Of a stretch of 64,000 bases of DNA, positions 46,901 through 61,900 are shown piece after piece (position 1 is the stretch's first letter; each line of letters begins with the position of its first letter). Both the position numbers and the translations under genes were made by a program. A model generated the notes under the pieces. That model did no database searches. It was given only the letters and a program-made list of their open reading frames with translations, and was not told where the DNA came from. Where the stretch lies: positions 13,330,001 through 13,394,000 of the forward strand of contig OZ024740.1 in the NCBI GenBank assembly GCA_964016885.1. The letters are read 5' to 3'. The stretch is from Eledone cirrhosa (Eukaryota).

Positions 46901-49900
46901 GTGATGGTGGTGGTGGTGTTGCTAGTGATGGTGGTGGTGGTGTTGCTAGTGATAGTGGTGGTGGTGTTGCTAGTGATAGTGGTGGTGGTGTTGCTAGTGA
47001 TAGTGGTGGTGGTGTTGGTGTTGCTAGTGATAGTTGTGGTGGTGTTGCTAGTGATAGTGGTGGTGTTGCTAGTGATAGTGGTGGTGGTGTTGCTAGTGAT
47101 GGTGGTGGTGGTGTTGCTAGTGATAGTGGTGGTGGTGTTGGTGTTGCTAGTGATAGTTGTGGTGGTGTTGCTAGTGATGGTGGTGGTGTTGCTAGTGATA
47201 GTGGTGGTGGTGTTGCTAGTGATGGTGGTGGTGGTGTTGCTAGTGATGGTGATGGTGGTGTTGCTAGTGATGGTGATGGTGGTGTTGCTAGTGATGGTGA
47301 TGGTGGTGTTGCTAGTGATGGTGGTGGTGGTGTTGCTAGTGATGGTGGTGGTGGTGTTGCTAGTGATGGTGGTGGTGGTGTTGCTAGTGATGGTGATGGT
47401 GGTGTTGCTAGTGATAGTGGTGGTGGTGTTGCTAGTGATAGTGGTGGCGGTGTTGCTAGTGATGGTGGTGGTGGTGTTGCTAGTGATGGTGGTGGTGGTG
47501 TTGCTAGTGATGGTGATGGTGGTGTTGCTAGTGATAGTGGTGGTGGTGTTGCTAGTGATGGTGGTGGTGGTGGTGTTGCTAGTGATGGTGATGGTGGTGT
47601 TGCTAGTGATAGTGATGCTGGTGTTGCTAGTGATAGTGGTGGTGGTGTTGCTAGTGATGGTGGTGGTGGTGTTGCTAGTGATGTTGATGGTGGTGTTGCT
47701 AGTGATAGTTGTGGTGGTGTTGCTAGTGATGTTGGTGGTAGTGTTGCTAGTGATGGTGATGGTGGTGTTGCTAGTGATAGTGGTGGTGGTGTTGCTAGTG
47801 ATGGTGGTAGTGGTGTTGCTAGTGATGGTGAGGGTGGTGTTGCTAGTGATGGTGGTGGTGGTGTTGCTAGTGATAGTGGTGGTGGTGTTGCTAGTGATGG
47901 TGATGGTGGTGTTGCTAGTGATAGTGGTGGTGGTGTTGCTAGTGATGGTGGTGGTGGTGTTGCTAGTGATGGTAATGGTGGTGTTGCTAGTGATGGTTGT
48001 GGTGGTGTTGCTAGTGATGGTGGTGGTGGTGTTGCTAGTGATGGTGATGGTGGTGTTGCTAGTGATAGTGGTGGTGGTGTTGCTAGTGATGGTGGTGGTT
48101 GTGTTGCTAGTGATGGTGATGGTGGTGTTGCTAGTGATGGTGGTGGTGGTGTTGCTAGTGATAGTGGTGGTGGTGTTGCTAGTGATGGTGATGGTGGTGT
48201 TGCTAGTGATAGTGGTGGTGGTGTTGCTAGTGATGGTGGTGGTGGTGTTGCTAGTGATGGTGATGGTGGTGTTGCTAGTGATGATGGTGGTGGTGTTGCT
48301 AGTGATGGAGGTGGTGGTGTTGCTAGTGATGGTGGTGGTGGTGGTGCTAGTGATGGTGGTGGTGGTGTTGCTAGTGATGGTGGTGGTGGTGTTGTTAGTG
48401 ATAGTGGTGGTGGTGTTGCTAGTGATGGTGATGGTGGTGTTGCTAGTAATAGTGGTGGTGGTGTTGCTAGTGATAGTGGTGGTGGTGTTGCTAGTGATAG
48501 TGGTGGTGGTGTTGCTAGTGATAGTGGTGGTGGTGGTGGTGTTGCTAGTGATAGTGGTGGTGGTGTTGCTAGTGATAGTGGTGGTGGTGTTGCTAGTGAT
48601 AGTGGTGGTGGTGGTGGTGTTGCTAGTGATGGTGGTGGTGGTGTTGCTAGTGATGGTGTTGGTGGTGTTGCTAGTGATGGTGGTGGTGTTGTTGCTAGTG
48701 ATAGTGATGGCGGTGTTGCTAGTGATGGTGGTGGTGGTGTTGCTAGCGATAGTGGTGGTGGTGTTGCTAGTGATAGTGGTGGTGGCGTTGCTAGTGATGG
48801 TGGTGGTGGTGTTGCTAGTGATGGTGGTGGTGGTGTTGCTAGTGATGGTGGTGGTGGTGTTGCTAGTGATGGTGGTGGTGGTGTTGCTAGTGATGGTGGT
48901 GGTGGTGTTGCTAGTGATGGTGGTGGTGGTGTTGCTAGTGATGGTGATGGTGGTGTTGCTAGTGATGGTGGTGGTGGTGTTGCTAGTGATGGTGGTGGTG
49001 GTGTTGCTAGTGATGGTGGTGGTGGTGTTGCTAGTGATGGTGGTGGTGGTGTAGCTAGTGATAGTGATGGTGGTGTTGCTAGTGATGGTGGTGGTGGTGT
49101 TGCTAGTGATGGTGGTGGTAATGTTGCTAGTGATACTGGTGGTGGTGTTGCTAGTGATAGTGGTGGTGGTGTTGCTAGTGATAGTGGTGGTGGTGTTGCT
49201 AGTCATTGTGGTGGTGGTGTTGCTAGTGATAGTGGTGGTGGTGTTGCTAGTGATAGTGGTGGTGGTGTTGCTAGTGATGGTGGTGGTGGTGTTGCTAGTG
49301 ATGGTGATGGTGGTGTTGCTAGTGATGGTGGTGGTGGTGTTGCTAGTGATAGTGGTGGTGGTGTTGCTAGTGATGGTGGTGTTGCTAGTGATAGTGGTGG
49401 TGGTGTTGCTAGTGATAGTGGTGGTGGTGTTGCTAGTGATGGTGGTGTTGGTGGTGGTGTTGCTAGTGATGGTGATGGTGGTGTTGGTGTTGTTAGTGAT
49501 GGTGGTGGTGGTGTTGCTAGTGATGGTGGTGGTGGTGGTGGTGGTGTTGCTAGTGATGGTGGTGGTGATGTCGCTAGTGATAGTGGTGGTGGTGTGGCTA
49601 GTGATAGTGGTGGTGATGTTGCTAGTGATAGTGGTGGTGGTGTTGCTAGTGATGGTGGTGGTGGTGTTGCTAGTGATAGTGGTGGTGGTGGTGGTGTTGC
49701 TAGTGATAGTGGTGGTGGTGTTGCTAGTGATAGTGATGGTGGTGTTGCTAGTGATGGTGGTGGTGGTGTTGCTAGTGATGGTGGTGGTGATGTTGCTAGT
49801 GATAGTGGTGGTGGTGTTGCTAGTGATGGTGGTGGTGATGTTGCTAGTGATGGTGGTGGTGGTGTTGCTAGTGATAGTGGTGGTGGTGTTGTTAGTGATG

Positions 49901-52900
49901 GTGGTGGTGGTGTTGCTAGTGATAGTGGTGGTGGTGTTGCTAGTGATGATGGTGGTGGTGTTGCTAGTGATAGTGGTGGTGGTGTTGCTAGTGATGGTGG
50001 TGGTGGTGTTGCTAGTGATGGTGGTGGTGGTGTTGCTAGTGATGGTGGTGGTGTTGTTGCTAGTGATAGTGATGGCGGTGTTGCTAGTGATGGTGGTGGT
50101 GGTGTTGCTCGTGATAGTGGTGGTGGTGTTGCTAGTGATAGTGGTGGTGGTGTTGCTAGTGATGGTGGTGGTGGTGTTGCTAGTGATGGTGATGGTGGTG
50201 TTGCTAGTGATGGTGGTGGTGGTGTTGCTAGTGATGGTGGTGGTGGTGTTGCTAGTGATAGTGGTGGTGGTGTTGCTAGTGATGGTGGTGGTGGTGTTGC
50301 TAGTGATGGTGGTGGTGGTGTTGCTAGTGATGGTGATGGTGGTGTTGCTAGTGATGGTGGTGGTGGTGTTGCTAGTGATGGTGGTGGTGGTGTTGCTAGT
50401 GATGGTGGTGGTGGTGTTGCTAGTGATGGTGGTGGTGGTGTTGCTAGTGATAGTGATGGTGGTGTTGCTAGTGATGGTGGTGGTGGTGTTGCTAGTGATG
50501 GTGGTGGTAATGTTGCTAGTGATACTGGTGGTGGTATTGCTAGTGATAGTGGTGGTGGTGTTGCTAGTGATAGTGGTGGTGGTGTTGCTAGTGATAGTGG
50601 TGGTGGTGGTGTTGCTAGTGATGGTGGTGGTGATGTTGCTAGTGATACTGGTGGTGGTGTTGCTAGTGATAGTGGTGGTGGTGTTGCTAGTGATGGTGGT
50701 GGTGGTGTTGCTGGTGATAGTGATGGTGGTGGTGGTGTTGCTAGTGATAGTGATGGTGGTGGTGGTGTTGCTAGTGATAGTGGTGTGGTGTTGCTAGTGA
50801 TGGTGATGGTGGTGTTGCTAGTGATGGTGATGGTGGTGTTGCTAGTGATGGTGGTCGTGGTGTTGCTAGTGATGGTGGTGGTGGTGTTGCTAGTGATGGT
50901 GGTGGTGGTGTTGATAGTGATAGTGGTGGTGGTGTTGCTAGTGATGGTGGTGGTGGTGTTGCTAGTGATAGTGGTGGTGGTGTTGCTAGTGATAGTGGTG
51001 GTGGTGTTGCTAGTGATGGTGGTGGTGGTGTTGCTAGTGATGGTGGTGGTGATGTTGCTAGTGATAGTGGTGGTGGTGTTGCTAGTGATAGTGGTGGTGG
51101 TGGTGGTGTTGCTAGTGATGGTGGTGGTGATGTTGCTAGTGATACTGGTGGTGGTGTTGCTGCTGATAGTGGTGGTGGTGTTGCTAGTGATAGTGGTGGT
51201 GGTGTTGCTAGTGATAGTGGTGGTGGTGTTGCTAGTGATAGTGGTGGTGGTGTTGCTAGTGATGGTGGTGGTGGTGTTGCTAGTGATGGTGATGGTGGTG
51301 TTGCTAGTGATGGTGGTGGTGGTGTTGCTAGTGATGGTGGTGGTGGTGTTGCTAGTGATAGTGGTGGTGGTGTTGCTAGTGATGGTGGTGTTGCTAGTGA
51401 TGGTGGTGGTGGTGTTGCTAGTGATAGTGGTGGTGGTGTTGCTAGTGATGGTGGTGTTGGTGGTGGTGTTGCTAGTGATGGTGATGGTGGTGGTGGTGTT
51501 GTTAGTGATGGTGGTGGTGGTGTTGCTAGTGATGGTGGTGGTGGTGTTGCTAGTGATAGTGGTGGTGGTGTTGCTAGTGATGGTGGTGGTGGTGTTGCTA
51601 GTGATAGTGGTGGTGGTGTTGCTAGTGATGGTGGTGGTGGTGTTGCTAGTGATGGTGATGCTGGTGTTGCTAGTGATAGTGGTTGTGGTGTTGCTAGTGA
51701 TGGTGGTGGTGGTGGTGCTATTGATGGTGATGGTGGTGTTGCTAGTGATAGTGGAGGTGGTGTTGCTAGTGATGGTGGTGGTGGTGTTGCTAGTGATGGT
51801 GATGGTGGTGTTGCTAGAGATGGTGGTGGTGGTGTTGCTAGTGATGGTGGTGGTGGTGTTGCTAGTGATGGTGGGGTGGTGTTGCTAGTGATGGTGATGG
51901 TGGTGTTGCTAGTGATGGTGGTGGTGGTGTTGCTTGTGATAGTGGTGGTGGTGTTGCTAGTGATGGTGATGGTTGTGTTGCTAGTGATGGTGGTGGTGGT
52001 GTTGCTAGTGATGGTGATGGTGGTGTTGCTAGTGATGGTGGTGGTGGTGTTGCTAGTGATGGTGGTGGTGGTGTTGCTAGTGATGGTGATGGTGGTGTTG
52101 CTAGTGATAGTGGTGGTGGTGTTGCTAGTGATGGTGGTGGTGGTGTTGCTAGTGATGGTGATGGTGGTGTTGCTAGTGATGGTGGTGGTGGTGTTGCTAG
52201 TGATAGTGGTGGTGGTGTTGCTAGTGATGGTGAAGGTGGTGTTGCTAGTGATGGTGATGGTGGTGTTGCTAGTGAGGGTGGTGGTGGTGTTGCTAGTGAT
52301 GGTAGTGGTGGTGTTGCTAGTGATGGTGGTGGTGGTGTTGCTAGTGATGGTGGTGGTGGTGTTGCTAGTGATGGTGGTGGTGGTGTTGCTAGTGATGGTG
52401 GTGGTGGTGTTGCTAGTGCTAGTGGTGGTGGTGTTGCTAGTGATGGTGGTGTTGCTAGTGATGGTGGTGGTGGTGTTGCTAGTGATAGTGGTGGTGGTGT
52501 TGCTAGTGATGGTGGTGTTGGTGGTGGTGTTGCTAGTGATGGTGATGGTGGTGGTGGTGTTGTTAGTGATGGTGGTGGTGGTGTTGCTAGTGATGGTGGT
52601 GGTGGTGTTGCTAGTGATAGTGGTGGTGGTGTTGCTAGTGATGGTGGTGGTGGTGTTGCTAGTGATAGTGGTGGTGGTGTTGCTAGTGATGGTGGTGGTG
52701 GTGGTGGTGTTGCTAGTGATGGTGGTGGTGATGTTGCTAGTGATAGTGGTGGTGGTGTTGCTAGTGATAGTGGTGGTGATGTTGCTAGTGATAGTGGTGG
52801 TGGTGTTGCTAGTGATGGTGGTGGTGGTGTTGCTAGTGATAGTGGTGATGGTGGTGGTGTTGCTCGTGATGGTAGTGGTGATGTTGCTAGTGATACTGGT

Positions 52901-55900
52901 GGTGGTGTTGCTAGTGATAGTGGTGATGGTGGTGGTGTTGCTCGTGATGGTGGTGGTGATGTTGCTAGTGATAGTGGTGGTGGTGTTGCTAGTGATGGTG
53001 GTGATGTTGCTAGTGATGGTGGTGGTGATGTTGCTAGTGATAGTGGTGGTGTTGTTGCTAGTGATGGTGGTGGTGATGTTGCTAGTGATAGTGGTGGTGG
53101 TGTTGCTAGTGATGGTGGTGGTGATGTTGCTAGTGATAGTGGTGGTGGTGTTGCTAGTGATGGTGGTGGTGTTGTTGCTAGTGATGGTGGTGGTGGTGTT
53201 GCTAGTGATAGTGGTGGTGGTGTTGCTAGTGATAGTGGTGGTGGTGTTGCTAGTGAAAGTGGTGGTGGTGTTGCTAGTGATGGTGGTGGTGGTGTTGCTA
53301 GTGATAGTGGTGGTGGTGTTGCTAGTGATAGTGGTGGTGGTGTTGCTAGTGATGGTGGTGGTGGTGTTGCTAGTGATAGTGATGGTGGTGGTGGTGTTGC
53401 TAGTGATAGTGATGGTGGTGGTGGTGTTGCTAGTGATAGTGGTGTGGTGTTGCTAGTGATGGTGATGGTGGTGTTGCTAGTGATGGTGATGGTGGTGTTG
53501 CTAGTGATGGTGGTGGTGGTGTTGCTAGTGATGGTGGTGGTGGTGTTGCTAGTGATGGTGGTGGTGGTGTTGCTATTGATGGTGATGGTGGTGTTGCTAG
53601 TGATAGTGGTGGTGGTGTTGCTAATGATAGTGGTGGTGGTGTTGCTAGTGATGGTGGTGGTGGTGTTGCTAGTGATGGTGGTGGTGGTGTTGCTATTGAT
53701 GGTGATGGTGGTGTTGCTAGTGATAGTGGTGGTGGTGTTGCTAGTGATGGTGGTGGTGGTGTTGCTAGTGATGGTGATGGTGGTGTTGCTAGTGATGGTG
53801 ATGGTGGTGTTGCTAGTGATAGTGGTGGTGGTGTTGCTAGTGATGGTGGTGGTGGTGTTGCTAGTGATGGTGATGGTGGTGTTGCTAGTGATAGTGGTGG
53901 TGGTGTTGCTAGTTATGGTGGTGGTGGTGTTGCTAGTGATGGTGATGGTGGTGTTGCTAGGGATGGTGGTGGTGGTGTTGCTAGTGAAAGTGGTGGTGGT
54001 GTTGCTAGTGATCGTGATGGTGGTGTTGCTAGTGATAGTGGTGGTGGTGTTGCTAGTGATGGTGGTGGTGGTGTTGCTAGTGATGGTGATGGTGGTGTTG
54101 CTAGTGATGGTGGTGGTGGTGTTGCTAGTGATGGTGGTGGTGGTGTTGCTATTGATGGTGATGGTGGTGTTGCTAGTGATGGTGGTGGTGTTGTTGCTAG
54201 TGATAGTGATGGCGGTGTTGCTAGCGATGGTGGTGGTGGTGTTGCTAGTGATAGTGGTGGTGGTGTTGCTAGTGATAGTGGTGGTGGTGTTGCTAGTGAT
54301 GGTGGTGGTGGTGTTGCTAGTGATGGTGGTGGTAATGTTGCTAGTGATACTGGTGGTGGTATTGCTAGTGATAGTGGTGGTGGTGTTGCTAGTGATAGTG
54401 GTGGTGGTGGTGGTGTTGCTAGTGATGGTGGTGGTGATGTTGCTAGTGATAGTGGTGGTGGTGTTGCTAGTGATGGTGGTGGTGGTGTTGCTAGTGATAG
54501 TGATGGTGGTGGTGGTGTTGCTAGTGATAGTGATGGTGGTGGTGGTGTTGCTAGTGATAGTGGTGTGGTGTTGCTAGTGATGGTGATGGTGGTGTTGCTA
54601 GTGATGTTGATGGTGGTGTTGCTAGTGATGGTGGTGGTGGTGTTGCTAGTGATGGTGATGGTGGTGTTGCTAGTGATGGTGATGGTGGTGTTGCTAGTGA
54701 TGGTGGTGGTGGTGTTGCTAATGATGGTGGTGGTGATGTTGCTAGTGATGGTGGTGGTGGTGTTGCTAGTGATGGTGATGGTGGTGTTGCTAGTGATAGT
54801 GGTGGTGGTGTTGCTAGTGATGGTAGTGGTGGTGTTGCTAGTGATGGTGGTGGTGGTGTTGCTATTGATGGTGATGGTGGTGTTGCTAGTGATAGTGGTG
54901 GTGGTGTTGCTAGTGATGGTGGTGGTGGTGTTGCTAGTGATGGTGATGGTGGTGTTGCTAGTGATGGTGATGGTGGTGTTGCTAGTGATAGTGGTGGTGG
55001 TGTTGCTAGTGATGGTGGTGGTGGTGTTGCTAGTGATGGTGATGGTGGTGTTGCTAGTGATAGTGGTGGTGGTGTTGCTAGTGATGGTGGTGGTGGTGTT
55101 GCTAGCGATGGTGATGGTGGTGTTGCTAGTGATGGTGGTGGTGGTGTTGCTAGTGATAGTGGTGGTGGTGTTGCTATTGATGGTGATGGTGGTGTTGCTA
55201 GTGATAGTGGTGGTGGTGTTGCTAATGATGGTGGTGTTGGTGTTGCTAGTGATGGTGATGGTGGTGTTGCTAGTGATGGTGGTGGTGGTGTTGCTAGTGA
55301 TGGTGGTGGTGGTGTTGCTAGTGATGGTGATGGTGGTGTTGCTAGTGATAGTGGTGGTGGTGTTGCTAGTGATGGTGGTGGTGGTGTTGCTAGTGATGGT
55401 GGTGGTGGTGTTGCTAGTGATAGTGATGGTGGTGGTGGTGTTGCTAGTGATAGTGGTGGTGGTGTTGCTAGTGATGGTGATGGTGGTGTTGCTAGTGATA
55501 GTGGTGTTGGTGTTGCTAGTGATGGTGGTGGTGGTGTTGCTAGTGATGGTGATGGTGGTGTTGCTAGTGATGGTGGTGGTGGTGTTGCTAGTGATGGTGG
55601 TGGTGGTGTTGCTAGTGATGGTGATGGTGGTGTTGCTAGTGATGGTGGTGGTGGTGTTGCTAGTGATGGTGGTGGTGGTGTTGCTAGTGATGGTGGTGGT
55701 GGTGTTGCTAGTGATGGTGGTGGTGGTGTTGCTAGTGATAGTGGTGGTGGTGTTGCTAGTGATGGTGGTGTTGCTAGTGATAGTGGTGGTGGTGTTGCTA
55801 GTGATAGTGGTGGTGGTGTTGCTAGTGATGGTGGTGGCGGTGTTGCTAGTGATGGTGGTGGTGGTGCTGCTAGTGGTGGTGGTGGTGGTGTTGCTAGTGA

Positions 55901-58900
55901 TGGTGCTGGTGTTGTTGCTAGTGATAGTGATGGCGGTGGTGGTGTTGCTAGTGATAGTGGTGGTGGTGTTGCTAGTGATAGTGGTGGTGGTGTTGCTAGT
56001 GATGGTGGTGGTGGTGTTGCTAGTGATGGTGATGGTGTTGTTGCTAGTGATGGTGGTGGTGGTGTTGCTAGTGATGGTGGTGGTGGTGTTGCTAGTGATA
56101 GTGGTGGTGGTGTTGCTAGTGATGGTGGTGGTGGTGTTGCTAGTGATGGTGGTGGTGGTGTTGCTAGTGATGGTGATGGTGGTGTTGCTAGTGATGGTGG
56201 TGGTGGTGTTGCTAGCGATGGTGGTGGTGGTGTTGCTAGTGATGGTGGTGGTGGTGTTGCTAGTGATAGTGATGGTGGTGTTGCTAGTGATGGTGGTGGT
56301 GGTGTTGCTAGTGATGGTGGTGGTAATGTTGCTAGTGATACTGGTAGTGGTATTGCTAGTGATAGTGGTGGTGGTGTTGCTAGTGATAGTGGTGGTGGTG
56401 TTGCTAGTGATAGTGGTGGTGGTGGTGGTGTTGCTAGTGATGGTGGTTGTGATGTTGCTAGTGATACTGGTGGTGGTGTTGCTAGTGATGGTGATGGTGG
56501 TGTTGCTAGTGATAGTGGTGGTGGTGTTGCTAGTGATAGTGGTGGTGGTGTTGCTAGTGATAGTGGTGGTGGTGTTGCTAGTGATAGTGGTGGTGGTGTT
56601 GCTAGTGATAGTGGTGGTGGTGTTGCTAGTGATAGTGGTGGTGGTGTTGCTAGTGATGGTGGTGGTGGTGTTGCTAGTGATGGTGATGGTGGTGTTGCTA
56701 GTGATGGTAGTGGTAGTGTTGCTAGTGATGGTGGTGGTGGTGTTGCTAGTGATAGTGGTGGTGGTGTTGCTAGTGATGGTGTTGTTGCTAGTGATAGTGG
56801 TGGTGGTGTTGCTAGTGATAGTGGTGGTGGTGTTGCTAGTGATGGTGGTGTTGCTAGTGATAGTGGTGGTGGTGTTGCTAGTGATAGTGGTGGTGGTGTT
56901 GCTAGTGATGGTGGTGGCGGTGTTGCTAGTGATGGTGGTGGTGGTGTTGCTAGTGATAGTGGTGGTGGTGTTGCTAGTGATAGTGATGGCGGTGGTGGTG
57001 TTGCTAGTGATAGTGGTGGTGGTGTTGCTAGTGATAGTGGTGGTGGTGTTGCTAGTGATGGTGGTGGTGGTGTTGCTAGTGATGGTGATGGTAGTGTTGC
57101 TAGTGATGGTGGTGGTGGTGTTGCTAGTGATGGTGGTGGTGGTGTTGCTAGTGATAGTGGTGGTGGTGTTGCTAGTGATGGTGGTGGTGGTGTTGCTAGT
57201 GATGGTGGTGGTGGTGTTGCTAGTGATGGTGATGGTGGTGTTGCTAGTGATGGTGGTGGTGGTGTTGCTAGCGATGGTGGTGGTGGTGTTGCTAGTGATG
57301 GTGGTGGTGGTGTTGCTAGTGATAGTGATGGTGGTGTTGCTAGTGATGGTGGTGGTGGTGTTGCTAGTGATGGTGGTGGTAATGTTGCTAGTGATACTGG
57401 TAGTGGTATTGCTAGTGATAGTGGTGGTGGTGTTGCTAGTGATAGTGGTGGTGGTGTTGCTAGTGATAGTGGTGGTGGTGGTGGTGTTGCTAGTGATGGT
57501 GGTTGTGATGTTGCTAGTGATACTGGTGGTGGTGTTGCTAGTGATGGTGATGGTGGTGTTGCTAGTGATAGTGGTGGTGGTGTTGCTAGTGAAAGTGGTG
57601 GTGGTGTTGCTAGTGATAGTGGTGGTGGTGTTGCTAGTGATAGTGGTGGTGGTGTTGCTAGTGATAGTGGTGGTGGTGTTGCTAGTGATAGTGGTGGTGG
57701 TGTTGCTAGTGATGGTGGTGGTGGTGTTGCTAGTGATGGTGATGGTGGTGTTGCTAGTGATGGTAGTGGTAGTGTTGCTAGTGATGGTGGTGGTGGTGTT
57801 GCTAGTGATAGTGGTGGTGGTGTTGCTAGTGATGGTGTTGTTGCTAGTGATAGTGGTGGTGCTGTTGCTAGTGATAGTGGTGGTGGTGTTGCTAGTGATG
57901 GTGGTGTTGGTGATGGTGTTGCTAGTGATGGTGATGGTGGTGGTGGTGTTGTTAGTGATGGTGGTAGTGGTGTTGCTAGTGATGGTGGTGGTGGTGTTGC
58001 TAGTGATGGTGGTGGTGGTGTTGCTAGTGATAGTGGTGGTGGTGTTGCTAGTGATGGTGGTGGTGGTATTGCTAGTGATGGTGGTGGTGGTGTTGCTAGT
58101 GATAGTGGTGGTGGTGTTGCTAGTGATGGTGGTGTTGCTAGTGATAGTGGTGGTGGTGCTGCTAGTGATAGTGATAGTGGTGGTGGTGTTGCTAGTGATG
58201 GTGGTGTTGGTGATGGTGTTGCTAGTGATGGTGATGGTGGTGGTGGTGTTGTTAGTGATGGTGGTAGTGGTGTTGCTAGTGATGGTGGTGGTGGTGTTGC
58301 TAGTGATGGTGGTGGTGGTGTTGCTAGTGATAGTGGTGGTGGTGTTGCTAGTGATGGTGGTGGTGGTATTGCTAGTGATGGTGGTGGTGGTGTTGCTAGT
58401 GATAGTGGTGGTGGTGTTGCTAGTGATGGTGGTGTTGCTAGTGATAGTGGTGGTGGTGCTGCTAGTGATAGTGATAGTGGTGGTGGTGTTGCTAGTGATG
58501 GTGGTGTTGCTAGTGATAGTGGTGGTGGTGCTGCTAGTGATAGTGATAGTGGTGGTGGTGTTGCTAGTGATGGTGGTGGTGGTGTTGCTAGTGATGGTGG
58601 TGGTGGTGGTGGTGTTGCTAGTGATGGTGGTGGTGATGTTGCTAGTGATAGTGGTGGTGGTGTTGCTAGTGATAGTGGTGGTGATGTTGCTAGTGATATT
58701 GGTGGTGGTGTTGCTAGTGATGGTGGTGGTGGTGTTGCTAGTGATAGTGGTGATGGTGGTGGTGTTGCTCGTGATGGTAGTGGTGATGTTGCTAGTGATA
58801 CTGGTGGTGGTGTTGCTAGTGATAGTGGTGGTGATGTTGCTAGTGATAGTGGTGGTGGTGTTGCTAGTGATGATGTTGGTGGTGTTGCTAGTGATAGTGG

Positions 58901-61900
58901 TGGTGGTGTTGCTAGTGATAGTGATGATGGTGTTGCTAGTGATGGTGGTGGTGGTGTTGCTAGTGATGGTGGTGGTGATGTTGCTAGTGATAGTGGTGGT
59001 GGTGTTGCTAGTGATGGTGGTGATGTTGCTAGTGATGGTGGTGGTGATGTTGCTAGTGATAGTGGTGGTGTTGTTGCTAGTGATGGTGGTGGTGATGTTG
59101 CTAGTGATAGTGGTGGTGGTGTTGCTAGTGATGGTGGTGGTGATGTTGCTAGTGATAGTGGTGGTGGTGTTGCTAGTGATGGTGGTGGTGTTGTTGCTAG
59201 TGATGGTGGTGGTGGTGTTGCTAGTGATAGTAGTGGTGGTGTTGCTAGTGATAGTGGTGGTGGTGTTGCTAGTGAAAGTGGTGGTGGTGTTGCTAGTGAT
59301 GGTGGTGGTGGTGTTGCTAGTGATAGTGGTGGTGGTGTTGCTAGTGATAGTGGTGGTGGTGTTGCTAGTGATGGTGGTGGTGGTGTTGCTAGTGATAGTG
59401 ATGGTGGTGGTGGTGTTGCTAGTGATAGTGATGGTGGTGGTGGTGTTGCTAGTGATAGTGGTGTGGTGTTGCTAGTGATGGTGTTGGTGGTGGTGGTGTT
59501 GCTAGTGATGGTGGTGGTGGTGTTGCTAGTGATGGTGGTGGTGGTGTTGCTATTGATGGTGATGGTGGTGTTGCTAGTGATAGTGGTGGTGGTGTTGCTA
59601 ATGATAGTGGTGGTGGTGTTGCTAGTGATGGTGGTGGTGGTGTTGCTAGTGATGGTGGTGGTGGTGTTGCTATTGATGGTGATGGTGGTGTTGCTAGTGA
59701 TAGTGGTGGTGGTGTTGCTAGTGATGGTGGTGGTGGTGTTGCTAGTGATGGTGATGGTGGTGTTGCTAGTGATGGTGATGGTGGTGTTGCTAGTGATAGT
59801 GGTGGTGGTGTTGCTAGTGATGGTGGTGGTGGTGTTGCTAGTGATGGTGATGGTGGTGTTGCTAGTGATAGTGGTGGTGGTGTTGCTAGTGATGGTGGTG
59901 GTGGTGTTGCTAGTGATGGTGATGGTGGTCTTGCTAGGGATGGTGGTGGTGGTGTTGCTAGTGAAAGTGGTGGTGGTGTTGCTAGTGATCGTGATGGTGG
60001 TGTTGCTAGTGATAGTGGTGGTGGTGTTGCTAGTGATGGTGGTGGTGGTGTTGCTAGTGATGGTGATGGTGGTGTTGCTAGTGATGGTGGTGGTGGTGTT
60101 GCTAGTGATGGTGGTGGTGGTGTTGCTATTGATGGTGATGGTGGTGTTGCTAGTGATGGTGGTGGTGTTGTTGCTAGTGATAGTGATGGCGGTGTTGCTA
60201 GTGATGGTGGTGGTGGTGTTGCTAGTGATAGTGGTGGTGGTGTTGCTAGTGATAGTGGTGGTGGTGTTGCTAGTGATGGTGGTGGTGGTGTTGCTAGTGA
60301 TGGTGGTGGTAATGTTGCTAGTGATACTGGTGGTGGTATTGCTAGTGATAGTGGTGGTGGTGTTGCTAGTGATAGTGGTGGTGGTGGTGGTGTTGCTAGT
60401 GATGGTGGTGGTGATGTTGCTAGTGATAGTGGTGGTGGTGTTGCTAGTGATGGTGGTGGTGGTGTTGCTAGTGATAGTGATGGTGGTGGTGGTGTTGCTA
60501 GTGATAGTGATGGTGGTGGTGGTGTTGCTAGTGATAGTGGTGTGGTGTTGCTAGTGATGGTGATGGTGGTGTTGCTAGTGATGGTGATGGTGGTGTTGCT
60601 AGTGATGGTGGTAGTGGTGTTGCTAGTGATGGTGATGGTGGTGTTGCTAGTGATGGTGATGGTGGTGTTGCTAGTGATGGTGGTGGTGGTGTTGCTAATG
60701 ATGGTGGTGGTGATGTTGCTAGTGATGGTGGTGGTGGTGTTGCTAGTGATGGTGATGGTGGTGTTGCTAGTGATAGTGGTGGTGGTGTTGCTAGTGATGG
60801 TAGTGGTGGTGTTGCTAGTGATGGTGGTGGTGGTGTTGCTATTGATGGTGATGGTGGTGTTGCAAGTGATAGTGGTGGTGGTGTTGCTAGTGATGGTGGT
60901 GGTGGTGTTGCTAGTGATGGTGATGGTGGTGTTGCTAGTGATGGTGATGGTGGTGTTGCTAGTGATAGTGGTGGTGGTGTTGCTAGTGATGGTGGTGGTG
61001 GTGTTGCTAGTGATGGTGATGGTGGTGTTGCTAGTGATAGTGGTGGTGGTGTTGCTAGTGATGGTGGTGGTGGTGTTGCTAGCGATGGTGATGGTGGTGT
61101 TGCTAGTGATGGTGGTGGTGGTGTTGCTAGTGATAGTGGTGGTGGTGTTGCTATTGATGGTGATAGTGGTGTTGCTAGTGATAGTGGTGGTGGTGTTGCT
61201 AATGATGGTGGTGGTGGTGTTGCTAGTGATGGTGGTGGTGGTGTTGCTAGTGATGGTGATGGTGGTGTTGCTAGTGATGGTGGTGGTGGTGTTGCTAGTG
61301 ATGGTGATGGTGGTGTTGCTAGTGATAGTGGTGGTGGTGTTGCTAGTGATGGTGGTGGTGGTGTTGCTAGTGATGGTGGTGGTGGTGTTGCTAGTGATAG
61401 TGATGGTGGTGGTGGTGTTGCTAGTGATAGTGGTGGTGGTGTTGCTAGTGATGGTGATGGTGGTGTTGCTAGTGATAGTGGTGGTGGTGTTGCTAGTGAT
61501 AGTGGTGGTGGTGTTGCTAGTGATAGTGGTGGTGGTGTTGCTAGTGATAGTGGTGTTGGTGTTGCTAGTGATGGTGGTGGTGGTGTTGCTAGTGATGGTG
61601 ATGGTGGTGTTGCTAGTGATGGTGGTGGTGGTGTTGCTAGTGATGGTGGTGGTGGTGTTGCTAGTGATGGTGATGGTGGTGTTGCTAGTGATGGTGGTGG
61701 TGGTGTTGCTAGTGATGGTGGTGGTGGTGTTGCTAGTGATGGTGGTGGTGGTGTTGCTAGTGATGGTGGTGGTGGTGTTGCTAGTGATAGTGGTGGTGGT
61801 GTTGCTAGTGATGGTGGTGTTGCTAGTGATAGTGGTGGTGGTGTTGCTAGTGATAGTGGTGGTGGTGTTGCTAGTGATGGTGGTGGCGGTGTTGCTAGTG

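Noticed and set aside
34953-60554. Giant ORFs (up to 2365 aa) of V/L/M or GGVASD repeats
   Set aside because: The 24-bp unit lacks stops in four of six frames, the ORFs switch register at 1-nt indels, and they contain no unique domain.
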